A DNA stretch of 62,321 bases, filler included, from Globobulimina sp. (lineage: Eukaryota), in NCBI GenBank assembly GCA_003354225.1. It is 27 parts of 27 records of this genome, joined end to end, with 100 filler letters (N's around TTAATTAATTAA, not from the genome) between each part and the next. Parts side by side here need not be neighbours in the genome. Positions count along the whole stretch, not along the records: positions 23,135 to 25,347 come from PIVH01008162.1; positions 25,448 to 27,660 come from PIVH01008163.1; positions 27,761 to 29,972 come from PIVH01008164.1; positions 30,073 to 32,284 come from PIVH01008165.1; positions 32,385 to 34,596 come from PIVH01008166.1; 22 more parts are not named here. One strand, written 5' to 3'. The notes beneath the pieces were generated by a model that had not been told where the DNA came from, made no database searches, and saw only the letters and a program-made list of their open reading frames with translations. This document shows positions 23,544-34,338 of this stretch, piece by piece. A program made the position numbers and the translations under genes. Positions within the stretch are counted from its first letter, which is position 1; the number at the start of each line of letters is the position of its first letter.

Positions 23544-25160
23544 TCATTGCTTGATTTTTTGATTAATTTCATCAAAAACCTGCTTTATCGCAACTTTTTT
23601 ATTGAATTTTGCAACTTTAACAATTGGACCTTGTTTTATAGTAAAAAACTTTGATTCCAACTCATCAAAACACTGTAATTGTTTCCATATTTCTTGATTC
23701 AAAATATATTGGTTTTTATGCCGTTTTTTAATCAAAGCAACCAAATCATTGCAAGACATACTCGATCTCTTCATCGATACATATATCCCACGCACCAAAT
23801 TGACCAAATATCCTAACTCTTGGTATCGAATCTTATCCTCATCGCCGCAGTACACGTCATCTTTGTGTTTGGCTAAAATATTATTTTTATTTATCTCTCT
23901 GTTTTTCGATTTCGCTCTGATTTTGGCGATAAACGTCGGACTTAAACCACGCAAATGTTTGGGGATCGTCTCATTGGTTTCCTCTTCTTTTGCTTTCTCA
24001 AGTTCTTTTTGTACGATTTCATCTAATTTCTCCTTTTGAACATCAATCATTTTTTCAATGTCATTCATATTTTTCATCGGTTTGCATGGTAATAACACCT
24101 CATTAATGCCAATGTCTTTTATATTTTGCAAATCAAATCTTTTATGCCACGAACCAGCAACAAACGGATCAAATTGAACCAATACATTACGAATCAAATA
24201 TTCTTCGTGTTGCTTAGCCACATAATCATACAATTTCAATCGAAATATATTTTCTCTTTCTTTCAATTTGTGAACTTTCAAAAATTTAAGACCAATTTCA
24301 TTATTTTTCTTATTTTTCTCCGGTTTATCCCCATTTATTTCATCATAATCACAATCAATGGCAGTTACACTTAATTTTAAGTCCTTTTTTTTTGTATATT
24401 TATCAATATTTGGGGTCCATTGACAATGATAAAACATAGGAATAATATTTAGAATTTGTTGAAAATCTTTTTTTGTAAATCTTTTTTTCGTAATTTGTTG
24501 CGTGGAATGTTTAATATTCTGCAAAGGAATAAAAAAGGAATTTTTTCTTTGATACAAAGCGAGCGTCGACTCCATTCCATTGAATTTCTGTAATAATAGA
24601 TTTAATTTCATTGGTAATCGTAATATCGATCGCTTTTCAACCAATCGAGAGAGGGATATTTCACATAAATTAATATTGCCGTCATTTTCATCGTAATGTT
24701 CCATATCTTTCCATGATTTTAATTTATTATCATCTTGGACTCGAAGTGATAATTTCCGCTTAATTCTATCGGTGTTGTTGTTATCAGTGTCATTTTGAGG
24801 TGTTTTTACATTTAATGTTCGGAATAATTTTACCGGAGTTGGAGTGCACGGAGAATCCAAATATTTTGTTGCATCCATTTTTTTTGGTGTCACTGCATCA
24901 TTTCCATTATGAATCAGATTAAGATTAAAAGTATGATTAGGAATATATGCAGGTTTGGGTGTGATTATTTTCCTCGATCTTCGTAATGAGGTAAAATTGG
25001 ACACTGTTTTATTTTTATTTTTATTCATTGCTGGCTTTGGTGTCGACGTCACATATTTTAATTGTTGACAGATGGATTTGTACTCTTTTTTGGAATCGGA
25101 CGCCATTAATGCCATTGCTTTGGATCGTCTTTTCCCGGCGGTCGACGTGATATCTTTTTT
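23544..25160 (-). CDS. CDT1: DNA replication licensing factor Cdt1 (main exon; upstream exons probably toward the contig end)
   Basis: LP.KL.LL.QKF.GMES..L..IK..QQITKKRFT..DFQQI..I.P; RENIFRLKL..HEEYL..WHKRFDL; LRGLSPTFIAKIRAK; C-terminal winged-helix-like region; TP-rich N-terminus. Confidence 0.85.
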   Translation of the reverse strand, partial: KKDITSTAGKRRSKAMALMASDSKKEYKSICQQLKYVTSTPKPAMNKNKNKTVSNFTSLRRSRKIITPKPAYIPNHTFNLNLIHNGNDAVTPKKMDATKYLDSPCTPTPVKLFRTLNVKTPQNDTDNNNTDRIKRKLSLRVQDDNKLKSWKDMEHYDENDGNINLCEISLSRLVEKRSILRLPMKLNLLLQKFNGMESTLALYQRKNSFFIPLQNIKHSTQQITKKRFTKKDFQQILNIIPMFYHCQWTPNIDKYTKKKDLKLSVTAIDCDYDEINGDKPEKNKKNNEIGLKFLKVHKLKERENIFRLKLYDYVAKQHEEYLIRNVLVQFDPFVAGSWHKRFDLQNIKDIGINEVLLPCKPMKNMNDIEKMIDVQKEKLDEIVQKELEKAKEEETNETIPKHLRGLSPTFIAKIRAKSKNREINKNNILAKHKDDVYCGDEDKIRYQELGYLVNLVRGIYVSMKRSSMSCNDLVALIKKRHKNQYILNQEIWKQLQCFDELESKFFTIKQGPIVKVAKFNKKVAIKQVFDEINQKIKQ

Positions 25161-25447
25161 TATCAACAAATTAAATATTATATTAATCAGTAAATTAAAT
25201 TAAAATTAAATTAAAGAATACATTTTGTGGGAGAATCTTTGCGATGGAGTTTACGCGATTTGGGGGGGATAGGATTATAAAAATGAATTGCTAATTTAAT
25301 ATAAAAATGTACATTTATAGTGTACATAATATAAAAATACATGGTATNNNNNNNNNNNNNNNNNNNNNNNNNNNNNNNNNNNNNNNNNNNNTTAATTAAT
25401 TAANNNNNNNNNNNNNNNNNNNNNNNNNNNNNNNNNNNNNNNNNNNN

Positions 25448-26488
25448 CATTTGCTCTATGGAAGTAACACCGTTTAATAAATAATATTTGATTTTTTTAA
25501 TTTTATCTCTTAATTCCTTCTCTTCGATCAATCCATCCACCAATGATGTAAATTGTTGCTTATTTTCTGCAAAACGGGAAAATTTTGACATATTCTCAAA
25601 TATCTCTTTGTGTCCTTCTCTTTTTATATATTTCTCATTTAATCCATGCATTACACCATATTTTGATGATAATATGTATTTTTCTCTTCTTTCTCTATCT
25701 TTTCCTGATTCGTTATACAATCGAATGCCTTCCAATTTTAATTCCCTTTCATTTTGCGTGTCATTCGGATGCAGAAACATTTCAGAAACGATTTGTTCCG
25801 AATTATTATTCCATTTTACCTCAAATTCTTTTCTGTGCGGATTATAGCCACATTTTAATAATTTATCATTGTTCTCCATCTCTCGCTTTGTCATACCATT
25901 CAAGGCGGACTTGGATTTTTTCCTTTTTTTTCGAGATTTTGTGGGTTTTGATGGTGTCATTTCTTTTGTTTTTGTGATTTCTTCCCCATTTACGTTTGCT
26001 TCGTTTGTTCCATACTTTTTTACGAAAAATTGTTCAATTTTGTTTTTATTCAATAATGGGTTATTTATAAATTTTGCAATTTTTGACCAATTTCCAATTC
26101 CAAATTTTTTTATTCCTGAATGTAAATTCCAAACATCCTTTAATGTCCAATTTGAATCAGAATTGTTTTCATTGTTTTGATTGCTTGAAACATTAATTTC
26201 TGATAAAACAAAATAGCGATGGAATCTTTTGTGTTGATTGAATTCTACGCCTTTTTTAAAACAACCAATACAAATAATAACTTTTGATGATAAGCATTCC
26301 GCGCATTTAATCGCAGTCATGCATGGATTTAGTTTCTCGTTGCATGCATTACAAATAATAAAATCACAATTTTCTGATTTGTTTTCTATCTTTGTATTAT
26401 AATTGTCATTGTCCGCAATGTTATCAGTTTCTTTGTTATCAGCTAACTCTGCACCTAACTCCGCACCAAACATGTTTCCCATTTGCAT
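25448..26488 (-). CDS. ADA2: Transcriptional adaptor Ada2 (ZZ finger + SANT + Ada boxes); 3' partial
   Basis: CNAC..IKCAEC..ICIGCFKKGVEFNQHKRFHRY; WT..FGIGNWSKIA; GYNPHRKEFEVKWNNNSE; LYNE..R; YLLNGVTS. Confidence 0.88.
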
Positions 26489-26566
26489 AATTGTATATCA
26501 ACCAACGAGACGTTTTTCAGTGACAACCTGACCCGTTTCAAGTTAATGGCAACCTGACCAGCTTCC

Positions 26567-27511
26567 ATGACAGAAACGTTTTATCGCCGTGAACTACCGT
26601 CACCAACATCCATAGCATTCTCATCAAAAGCAGGACGAGAATTATTTCATGAATCGTTACAAGATGGATACATGGAAGGATACTTTCATTTGGCAGAACA
26701 GTTCCGGACTCAGTCTGAGCCCACATTCTGTGGCTTATCCACATTAACAATGGTATTAAACACATTAGCTGTGGATCCCAGACGTGTATGGAAAAAACCA
26801 TGGCGATGGTACAGTGAAAGGATGCTATTTGGTGCAGCTAATTCTAATTTTGACGTTGATTGTGACTGTCCGTCGTTTGCTGAAATAAAAAGAATTGGAA
26901 TCAACTTTGATCAGTTTGCATGTTTGGGGCGCTTTAACTCTTTGAACATGTTTGCAAAGCGACCAAATCAAAAGCATTTGTACAGCGATGCTGGAGAAGG
27001 AATCATTGCAAAGCAAAATGGAATTAAAATAGAAGAATTTCGAACTGATGTAATGCTTTCCTGCGTTTCTGAAAATGACCCGGTTGTCATTGCAAGTTAT
27101 TCGCGAGAAGGATTGAAACAAACTGGTGATGGTCACTTTAGTCCAATCGCCGGATACCACAAAGGCAAAGATATGGTGTTGATTATGGACGTCGCGAGAT
27201 TCAAATATCCGCCACATTGGGTCAGCATTGCAGTGTTATATAACGCAATGTGCCGCGTTGATGCTTCATGCAATAAAACAAGAGGATGGATTGTTACATA
27301 TTGTGCAGACTGTGTACATGCACCGCAACTGTCTATAAAATTAAATCAAGAGGAATGCCATCAACTGAATGATGAAACAAAATATGCAAATAAGAAGTCG
27401 AAGTATTTATATTTGTTCAGGGTTTTAATCAATAACTTTTATCCATTTTTGTTTTTCTGTTACGTATTTTTAGTATGTTTCAGCTTTAAAATGTATGAGA
27501 ACATATTTTAA
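26567..27511 (+). CDS. PCS: Phytochelatin synthase (glutathione gamma-glutamylcysteinyltransferase); 3' end may be spliced
   Basis: FYRRELP, QFRTQSEPTFCGL (catalytic Cys), PWRWYSE, QTGDGHFSPIAGYH (His), MDVARFKYPPHWV (Asp). Confidence 0.95.
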   Translation: MTETFYRRELPSPTSIAFSSKAGRELFHESLQDGYMEGYFHLAEQFRTQSEPTFCGLSTLTMVLNTLAVDPRRVWKKPWRWYSERMLFGAANSNFDVDCDCPSFAEIKRIGINFDQFACLGRFNSLNMFAKRPNQKHLYSDAGEGIIAKQNGIKIEEFRTDVMLSCVSENDPVVIASYSREGLKQTGDGHFSPIAGYHKGKDMVLIMDVARFKYPPHWVSIAVLYNAMCRVDASCNKTRGWIVTYCADCVHAPQLSIKLNQEECHQLNDETKYANKKSKYLYLFRVLINNFYPFLFFCYVFLVCFSFKMYENIF

Positions 27512-27869
27512 AATACTAGTATTATAAGATTCTTTTTGTTGTTTTTTTACTTTTTGTTGTTTTTTTACTTTTGTTTGTCCGTTATTTGTTTGTGTCCATG
27601 TTGTTTTTTTAGTGACTACATATGGCAAGAATTTTCAGAGCCATGCAATAAATCTAAAACNNNNNNNNNNNNNNNNNNNNNNNNNNNNNNNNNNNNNNNN
27701 NNNNTTAATTAATTAANNNNNNNNNNNNNNNNNNNNNNNNNNNNNNNNNNNNNNNNNNNNAATAAATTACAATTTTTACATTGATAATTTTCAATATCTT
27801 GTTTTAATGCATCACTGTCATATTCTTGTAATTGTAGAAATTGTTTGAATTTATTTACTAATTTCTGAT

Positions 27870-29972
27870 TATTATTATTGCGGACGAGCCTGCGAGTTCG
27901 CTACTTATTTACACTCCACCCTCCTCCTCCTCCCTCCTCCTCCTGTCAAAAGAAAACAACAAAAAACATCATGGCTGGCTGAAATATTTTGGATATCAAT
28001 ATTTTTCACTTTTTTGGGTACAAAAATGTTTCTGGATTTAGGATTTTTGTTTGTTTGTTTGTTTGGTTTTGTGTGGTTTACGAGGTGAACCCACTTGGTC
28101 GACGGGCTGAGGTTTGGTTTGTTTGGTTTACGAGGTGAACCCACTTGGTCGACGGGCTGAGGTTTGGTTTGTTTGGTTTGTCGGGTTTTTGTCGGGATTT
28201 CTTGTTTGATTCTTTGATGCTGGACTAAAAAAAAACTTTTGTCTTAATCTTACCTTAACAGCTACTATAATAATTATCAGTCATAATTTACCTGGCATTC
28301 TATTTATACTATTTTATAGCTTTAAATCACCGTATTTATAGCTTTAAAAAACCGTTTTTAAATCACAACAAACTAACCAAATTTATTTTATGTCAGTAGC
28401 AAAAATTTTATTAGTGATTCTATTCGCTAATCTTATTTTACTTAACATGTTAAGGCCAGTAAATAATAATTATGATTTGGTGTGGGATTCATCAAACAAG
28501 CGTGTCTTAATAAAGGCATTAGGCATCAATGACACAAAAGCAAAACAAATTAGTAATTATGTAAAACAGTTTCATAATCAAAACAATCAAAATCAAAATG
28601 GTACAGCATTAGAAATTTTGACAACATGCATGACAAATGGTTGGTTATCGGAATCGAAAATAAAAAAATTGTGTTCAAAACATAATTACACAATTTTAAG
28701 ACAACCATTGGAATCATTGTATGACACATGGAATATCACAAACCAAACAAATGACGCAAATATAATTGAATCCATTGACACAAATAAAATTAATTTATTC
28801 GACAAAAAATATGTTTCGCTCTCAAACAACCAAATCGTTAATTTATTCATGGTGACTAAGGCAGTAGGTAAAAAAATTAAAGGATTCATTAAAGAAAAAG
28901 AAGTATCAACTGTGAATTTAACTGCCGACAATGCAACAGTATTATTGAAAGAATTGATTTTAAAATGTTCAGTTCCAGATAAAGCTGTAATGAAGAAATG
29001 GTTACCATCACTCAAGTTTTATGTTTATCAACATTCACTGGTTACTTTGGCCACTGCTGATTTTAGAAAGTGGATGAAAATTCGAAAAATAAATGGGGGC
29101 GATACTTCCATCAGATTAGATATTTTAGAAATAAATGAAATTAATTTACTTCAGAAACAATTAGGGATTACAAGTGCAGCAGCAAAAAGAATTAAACCAA
29201 TAATATCCAAAATTGATACTAGTGTTATTGTTTCATTAAATGATGCAACAGGTTTGTTGAAAGAGTTTGTAAAATCCAAAGTAAGCAAAAGTATGATTGA
29301 GAAATGGATTATACATTCGAATATTTTCATATCAACTCACAACATTTCGCAAATATATACTGATCAATTTAAAAAATCGATCACAAAAAAAAGACAACGA
29401 TATGAAATCGAAACTAGTGACAATGACAATGAACCTGAAAATAAAAGACAGCGAACATGCTCTAAAGAAGACTATTTGACGACATTTGACGCCTCTATTA
29501 ACGGTCCATTACAGGAACAAGATTTTGTAATTGAAGAACTTTGCGAATTTGATTCAATACAAAGTAAAAAACAAATGAAATATTGTCTTAATTGTAAAGA
29601 ACGTAGAATACATAGTTCTCGATTGGTCGGATTGGATGATGAAATATTTTGGTGTGGTCAATGTAAAGCGGAAAAAAGAAAGTGTCTTAAAAATCCATTA
29701 ATGTGTTGTGGCAATAATGAAACACATAAATATAAATTTACTGAAAAAAATGATATGAATCCTGGAAAACAACCAACATGGGCTAAGGGTTTAACACCAT
29801 TAGAAAAACAAATGTGTTGCGCAGTTATTCCTTACCTGAAAATATACACACATCCAAGATCTGGTCAACATAAATCTGGAGGTTCGCATATAAATATTCG
29901 ACAAGATATTTATTCCTTTGCGAAAAAGCTACCGCGACACTCATCAGATGTACCATTTGTTTGGATTAATCG
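27870..29972 (+). mobile_element. Helitron/Helentron-type rolling-circle element: left terminus plus N-terminal part of the RepHel-type ORF (28390->29972)
   Basis: The ORF ends in CxxC..CxxC plus a DUF6570-like segment (MNPGKQP..LTPLEKQM..PYLKIY..GQ..GSHINIRQDI..KLPR..DVPFV). Upstream: (ATT)n start, GCGGAC..GTTCGC hairpin, (CCT)n and (GTTT)n microsatellites, 50-bp tandem repeat. Confidence 0.7.
28074..28179 (+). repeat. Perfect 50-bp tandem repeat (2.1 copies)
   Basis: tggtttacgaggtgaacccacttggtcgacgggctgaggtttggtttgtt at 28074-28123 and 28124-28173. Confidence 0.95.
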
Positions 29973-30072
29973 NNNNNNNNNNNNNNNNNNNNNNNNNNNN
30001 NNNNNNNNNNNNNNNNTTAATTAATTAANNNNNNNNNNNNNNNNNNNNNNNNNNNNNNNNNNNNNNNNNNNN

Positions 30073-30429
30073 TTGAAGAAAACCAATTCGATAAATATCA
30101 TAATTGATTCCTGTCTATTCAATGGAATTTGTATGTTCTGGACTGTGGCGGCATTGACTGCGTTCTTTTTGTGTATTATTAAAGCGATGGACAAATCTAA
30201 AGAAATGGCACAGGTTCAATATTGTGATTTGACTGAGATTATTGGGTCATTCATTTCGTCATTGACGTGGTTGTCTGCGTTGGCTATAAATGATATCGAA
30301 GGCATAATTCATTTAATATTGGTCAGTGTGTGCAAATGGGAAGTCAATGGTTGTAATGACTGTTGTTTGGACGGCGTTGATCGTGTAGCGACAGACACAT
30401 CGACGCAAGTTCAAATGACAAAGTACTGA
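30073..30429 (+). CDS. 3' fragment of membrane protein
   Basis: Open frame from the contig edge with hydrophobic segments. Confidence 0.4.
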   Translation: MKKTNSINIIIDSCLFNGICMFWTVAALTAFFLCIIKAMDKSKEMAQVQYCDLTEIIGSFISSLTWLSALAINDIEGIIHLILVSVCKWEVNGCNDCCLDGVDRVATDTSTQVQMTKY

Positions 30430-30634
30430 CACTGCATACGTGTGATGGGAGGTTTTCTTTTTTTTGATGAATTTTTTGATGAGATTGGGTTTAATTTTAG
30501 GTTTATAATTATAGTGTGCATTTGTGAGTTGACTATCCCAATACATACTGTCACAACGAGCAGTGAAATTTCAGAAACTGCGAAGACATTCTTAATTGTA
30601 GGCAAAACTTTGAGTACGTAGTGACAATGGCACA

Positions 30635-32021
30635 ATGAGTGAAAAAGAAGAATATCATCCCACGATATTTGATGTTGGTTCATCAACACTGAAATGTGGA
30701 TTTGGAGGTGACGATGCTCCTCGAGCAGTATTTCCAACCATGGTTGGCAGACCAAGACATAAAGGCGTAATGTTTGGAATGGGACAGAAAGATGCATACG
30801 TTGGCGATGAAGCCATGGCAAAACGTGGTATATTATGCCTCAAACACCCTGTCGAAAATGGGATTATCACAAACTGTGATGATTGGGAAAAGGTAATGCA
30901 TCACTCGTTCTATAATGAGCTGAGAGTCGCCCCTGAAGAGCATCCAATATTGCTCTGTCGGAATTCGCAAAGAATCGAAAGAAATATTTCGAAATCCATT
31001 CAAATCATGTTTGAAACATTTAATGTGCCTTCGCTGATCACTCCCACCTCTGACTCGCTGTGTTTATTTGCGAATGGTTTAATCACTGGTATTTCATTGG
31101 ATTTGGGCAGTGATTTCTCCAAAATAGTGCCAATCTACGAAGGACATGTATTGAGTGACAAAATCGTAGCGTGGGACACTCAAATCACAGGGCATAAATT
31201 GACAGAATTAGTGATGAAAGACATGGGTTTACAGTCCTTCACACAACAGTTCCAAATGGCGGAGCACATAAAAATGAGTAAAATGAATGTTTTGAAGTGG
31301 GGAGGCACAGACCTCACACAATATTTGCAGAAACTATTGAGCGAAAGGGGCTATTCCTTCACTACAACGGCGGAGAGGGCAATCGTCGCAGACATCAAAC
31401 ACAAAATGGCGTACGTCGCAGAGGATTTCGAGCGTGAAATGAAGAGATCTGAGACCAGTTCAGAGTTGGAGAAAACGTATGAATTGCCAGACGGACAGGT
31501 CATTCCCATTGGGGCTGAGCTGTTTCGCTGCAGTGAAGTGTTGTTTGCTGCCTCAGAGATAAAGAGTGACAGTAATGAGTACCAAACTGACAATGGAGAG
31601 GTGATATCAGTGGTGTGATCCCTTATGGCTTTCTGACAGTGGAATTTATTCAGTTCTGACAATGGAATTCATTCATTGATTGACGAGTGTTGCGCACAGT
31701 TTAATGGCGACGATAATGAGAAGATTCACAAATTAATGTGCGGCAATATTGTGCTGTCAGGCGGGACTTCGATGCTTAATGGATTGATGGAGAGAGTGCA
31801 GAATGAGTTTGATACAATGTTCAAAAATGAGAATCGGAATAATAAGTATAGATTGAGTGTGGCTTGTGATAAAGTGGAGGGATTGAGAAAGTATTCAGCG
31901 TTGATTGGGGGGGTCGATACTGTCCTCGGTTACCATCAATGATCAAACTGATTTGTGGATATCCAAGCAAGAATATGACGAGTATGGACCCGATGCGATG
32001 GCCATACAAAAGTGTTTCTGA
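30635..32021 (+). CDS. Divergent actin-family protein; intron 31601-31639; +1 frameshift in G7 run at 31907-31913
   Basis: [71 protein letters not shown]. The canonical tail [22 protein letters not shown] lies in the shifted frame. Confidence 0.9.
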
Positions 32022-32384
32022 AACGTACTTGTCAGATTGTGAAATTCTTTTTCACGCGTGCCTTTATTGTCAAATTAAATTGAGCAACCAAAAGAAAGTG
32101 ATGACAATCGTTTCCAGAATGAACTCAAAGGAAATTCAAGTTGTGTCGACTGGCCGAACTGCATGAAAGGCCCAGTTGTGTTTGAGTTGGTGATGCACAT
32201 TTACTTTCTTATTGTTTATTGGTGGCCTTATCAATATATAAACCTGACAGTTTCCGGTTGCACAGACTCATGGGAACAAACAAANNNNNNNNNNNNNNNN
32301 NNNNNNNNNNNNNNNNNNNNNNNNNNNNTTAATTAATTAANNNNNNNNNNNNNNNNNNNNNNNNNNNNNNNNNNNNNNNNNNNN

Positions 32385-32644
32385 TTGACAATGACTTGCA
32401 AAAAATTGTGAAAAATAATGATATTCAGAAATGGTTTCAAAATATATTGAACTTTGCTCGACCAAATTATTATAATTATATTTATGATAAATTTGTGAAT
32501 GAAGGATTTGAGGAATTTGATACTATCACAGAAATAAAAGAAAATGATTTGATCGAAATGGGTGTCACCAAAAAAGGGCACAGACTCAAATTGATAAAGC
32601 ATATAAATAAAGTGAAAGCCATTCAAAATTACCAAAAACAATGA
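32385..32644 (+). CDS. SAM-domain C-terminal fragment
   Basis: IQKWF..YDKFVNEGFE..TEIKENDLIEMGVTKKGHRLKLIKHI. Confidence 0.8.
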
Positions 32645-32739
32645 TTTATTCTGATAATTTCTTAAAATGGTTTTCGTTTCTCATTTTTTTGGACTTTTTT
32701 GACAGTAATTCAATTAACGAGCTGAAAGAAAGTGAAGAA

Positions 32740-34338
32740 TTAATCAGAGTTACAACCCGCACAACAAAAATGTAGCCAACAATTGGTAAGACAGCCTCCC
32801 CGCACCCAACGATCTTCTTGTTTCAGATCAGCCCATCTCAAACCTCTGGAAATTCTTCTTGTTTCGAACTCACATAAAATAAAGCCAATCACGTTGGCCA
32901 TCATCCAAAATATGCTTTTATTCTCAGCCAAAGATTCATTCATAAAATTATAATGACACGACAAGCTCAGCATTATCCATAAACAGGATGTTGACACTGC
33001 CAATGTTGTCGTCAAGAATAATAAGAATGGATATAATGTCAACACCAAAAAATACCAATTTCGAACTACTTCATACAAAACAGTTATTGTTGTTAATAAT
33101 AACAATGAAAATAATCCTAAATATATAAGTTTATAATTCCCAAATGGTTTCCTGATGTCATTCTCTTTGAGATAATATTTGTTGGTGAAGCAATGCAAAC
33201 AGACACAATAAACAATGACACAAAACGTTAATATTAATGAGAATACAACATTGAAACATGTAATTGGCTCGTTTTGAATTTGTAATAATGTAGAAATTAT
33301 CATCACACTTAATTTCATATTGTTTAACATCAATAACTGTCGCAATATGCCAATGGTTCGAGGTAACAAATTTTCAATGTCTATAATAATTAATGGAGGC
33401 GCATTAAACAGAATTAAATCGTCAATAATCAGTCCAGTTAATATGGATCGTGGCACTGTTTTATATTTCCATTTTAAAATAGTTTTCAACTTAAACATTG
33501 TCACAAAGTGATGAGTATAATTTATAAGCAATAATTCAAACGCAGCCAAACCTATGAATCCATAATAAAAATAAAAACAAAATGAATTATTACTTTCCGT
33601 TTCTGCATAGGAATAATATATAATCAAAGTAATGAATGTCATATAAATATATCTCAATATCAATGATGTGTGTCTCAGCCGCAATGATCCCATGAACCAA
33701 AACTCCATTTTAGCCCAACAACATTCGCATTCATCGTCATTTTTACCAACACAATAACAACATTTATTGAGACATTTTTGTAAACAGTTTGTCCAAATCA
33801 GATTCTCTGCGTTCCATTCAATTCTCGTCGAATGTAATTTGCTTCTTATTTCCGTCCATGCCGTCATCTTAAATATATGCTCAAAATATGTCATATCTGT
33901 CGTGTGATTTGAGCTCACATTTTTATTAAATTTATATCCAAACTCAAAATCAACGATATCTGCACAGACATATTCCAATAAACTGAAAAATTGATGTAAA
34001 TCATATAGATTTGCAAAAATTGCGGCTAACTCTTTCTTCCTTTCATCCATTAACTTCATTGCTATGTACTTCTCCTTTCCATCAATGCTTAATATAGCTG
34101 AGTCTCCCCGATATATCAAATTCAAATCAATTTTTGATTGCGACCGCATTTTACTTAAAACTTTGCTGTGTTTTCCTTGGTGTTTTTTTACAGATTTATC
34201 GTTTATTGACTCTATTTTTAACGGTATTTTAGTATCGATCTCAACTTCATTTTGTTCCCGTTTTTCTAATTCATTTAACATGAAATTTAATATTTTATTT
34301 GTTGATGAAAATTGTTTGGTCCATTGATTCGACAGCAT
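32740..34338 (-). CDS. Multi-pass membrane protein of unknown family
   Basis: 532-aa ORF with a soluble N-terminus and several hydrophobic segments; Cys clusters. Confidence 0.7.
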   Translation of the reverse strand: MLSNQWTKQFSSTNKILNFMLNELEKREQNEVEIDTKIPLKIESINDKSVKKHQGKHSKVLSKMRSQSKIDLNLIYRGDSAILSIDGKEKYIAMKLMDERKKELAAIFANLYDLHQFFSLLEYVCADIVDFEFGYKFNKNVSSNHTTDMTYFEHIFKMTAWTEIRSKLHSTRIEWNAENLIWTNCLQKCLNKCCYCVGKNDDECECCWAKMEFWFMGSLRLRHTSLILRYIYMTFITLIIYYSYAETESNNSFCFYFYYGFIGLAAFELLLINYTHHFVTMFKLKTILKWKYKTVPRSILTGLIIDDLILFNAPPLIIIDIENLLPRTIGILRQLLMLNNMKLSVMIISTLLQIQNEPITCFNVVFSLILTFCVIVYCVCLHCFTNKYYLKENDIRKPFGNYKLIYLGLFSLLLLTTITVLYEVVRNWYFLVLTLYPFLLFLTTTLAVSTSCLWIMLSLSCHYNFMNESLAENKSIFWMMANVIGFILCEFETRRISRGLRWADLKQEDRWVRGGCLTNCWLHFCCAGCNSD

